NCBI RefSeq assembly: GCF_963676685.1
Contig: NC_092344.1
Coordinates: 88,226,001 to 88,290,000 of the forward strand
Source: Mytilus edulis
Taxonomy: Eukaryota
Length of the DNA: 64,000 nucleotides
Reading direction: 5' to 3'
In this document: positions 63,501-64,000 of the stretch, piece after piece
Layout of the letters: every line of letters starts with the position of its first letter
Position numbering within the stretch: position 1 is the first letter of the stretch
Made by a program: the position numbers and the translations under genes
The notes under the pieces: model-generated
Seen by the model: only the letters and a program-made list of their open reading frames with translations
Told to the model about the DNA's origin: nothing
Database searches by the model: none

Positions 63501-63629
63501 GGTTTTCTTTCTTTTTTTCAGTTGTATGAAATATACTATCATTTAGGTGTAGCTTATCAACATTTGAAAAATCCTAGAAAGTCCGCTGAAAGTTTTACTA
63601 ATGCAATTTCAGCTGTTTCAGCTCCAAAG
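60298..63629 (+). CDS. 5' part of a multi-exon TPR-like protein gene (exons 60298-60405, 62231-62320, 63522-63629), continuing beyond the window
   Basis: Three phase-0 exons with good sites (AAG|GTTAGT; CTCTAG|..CTG|GTGAGT; polypyrimidine CAG|..AAG|GTAAGT) join in frame: MEKWTWNFRNMDHLHVAVNSTIRHIMQNERSKKWSK-VIENYKILLFMVSKKNLPEDYEPPPSYNML-LYEIYYHLGVAYQHLKNPRKSAESFTNAISAVSAPK. YYHLG.AY......A...F..AI fits the TPR consensus. An in-frame stop lies upstream of the ATG. Confidence 0.68.
62393..62885 (-). mobile_element. 3' end of a Penelope-like (Naiad-type) element within an intron of the TPR-like gene
   Basis: QLIRY.RA..SYHD.LDRGLLL..KLKSSLRKFYGRH thumb-like remnant, followed by a tail also seen near 18840-19080, 53600 and 55083. 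Confidence 0.65.
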
Positions 63630-64000
63630 GTAAGTTTGGGATTTTATATAAAAAGACATACATTTGATTAGACTGTCCGGTTTGATAACAAAAAACCAAA
63701 ATCAATTAAATTCAAATTCCATGTTATGTTGTTTACATAATTCTACAGTCTCTATTTATCCTCTGAGGAAATGTGAAGTAGACTTCAGTTAAAGAGCAAC
63801 ACATCAACGTACAAATCTACAAAAAAAGTAGTTCCTAAGTTCATCATATTAGCTTTTAGCTTCTAAAATCATATGCATATATAACAAATATTCCAATTAT
63901 CTTCCCTACTCTTGACTAATAGACACGTTCTGTAAATAGAGAGGACACACATTTCAAAAATAGACACAGAAAAGTTAGAACGATATATTTTTAACCAAAA

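Overview
AT-rich eukaryotic genomic DNA, almost certainly from a Mytilus mussel. Positions ~5.4-40 kb hold a head-to-tail minus-strand cluster of six mytilin (CS-alpha-beta antimicrobial peptide) loci. Each locus follows the same four-exon plan: non-coding exon 1, signal-peptide exon 2, mature-peptide exon 3, anionic pro-piece exon 4. Four loci are intact: mytilin G1-type (CDS 5511-7316), mytilin B (12658-14677), mytilin A/D-type (26679-28391) and mytilin C (38132-39614). One is a fully decayed mytilin C-like pseudogene (32440-34390). The sixth (21638-23942) is a highly divergent mytilin with a displaced fourth cysteine; its exons 1, 3, 4, promoter and polyA signal are intact but the ATG/signal-peptide exon is missing. 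After a repeat-rich gap come a two-exon secreted coiled-coil C1q-domain gene (54516-55962, +) and the first three exons of a TPR-like gene that runs off the window (60298-63629, +). Spacers are packed with mobile DNA. There are about ten type I hammerhead-ribozyme (retrozyme) copies, four with intact cores and one forming a complete 354-nt monomer. There are also Naiad-type Penelope-like RT fragments, CR1-like LINE ends, a PIF/Harbinger-like and a Ginger-like TIR element with TSDs, and several tiny palindromic insertions with clean TSDs. Peptide and family names come from recall of published sequences; no database search was run.
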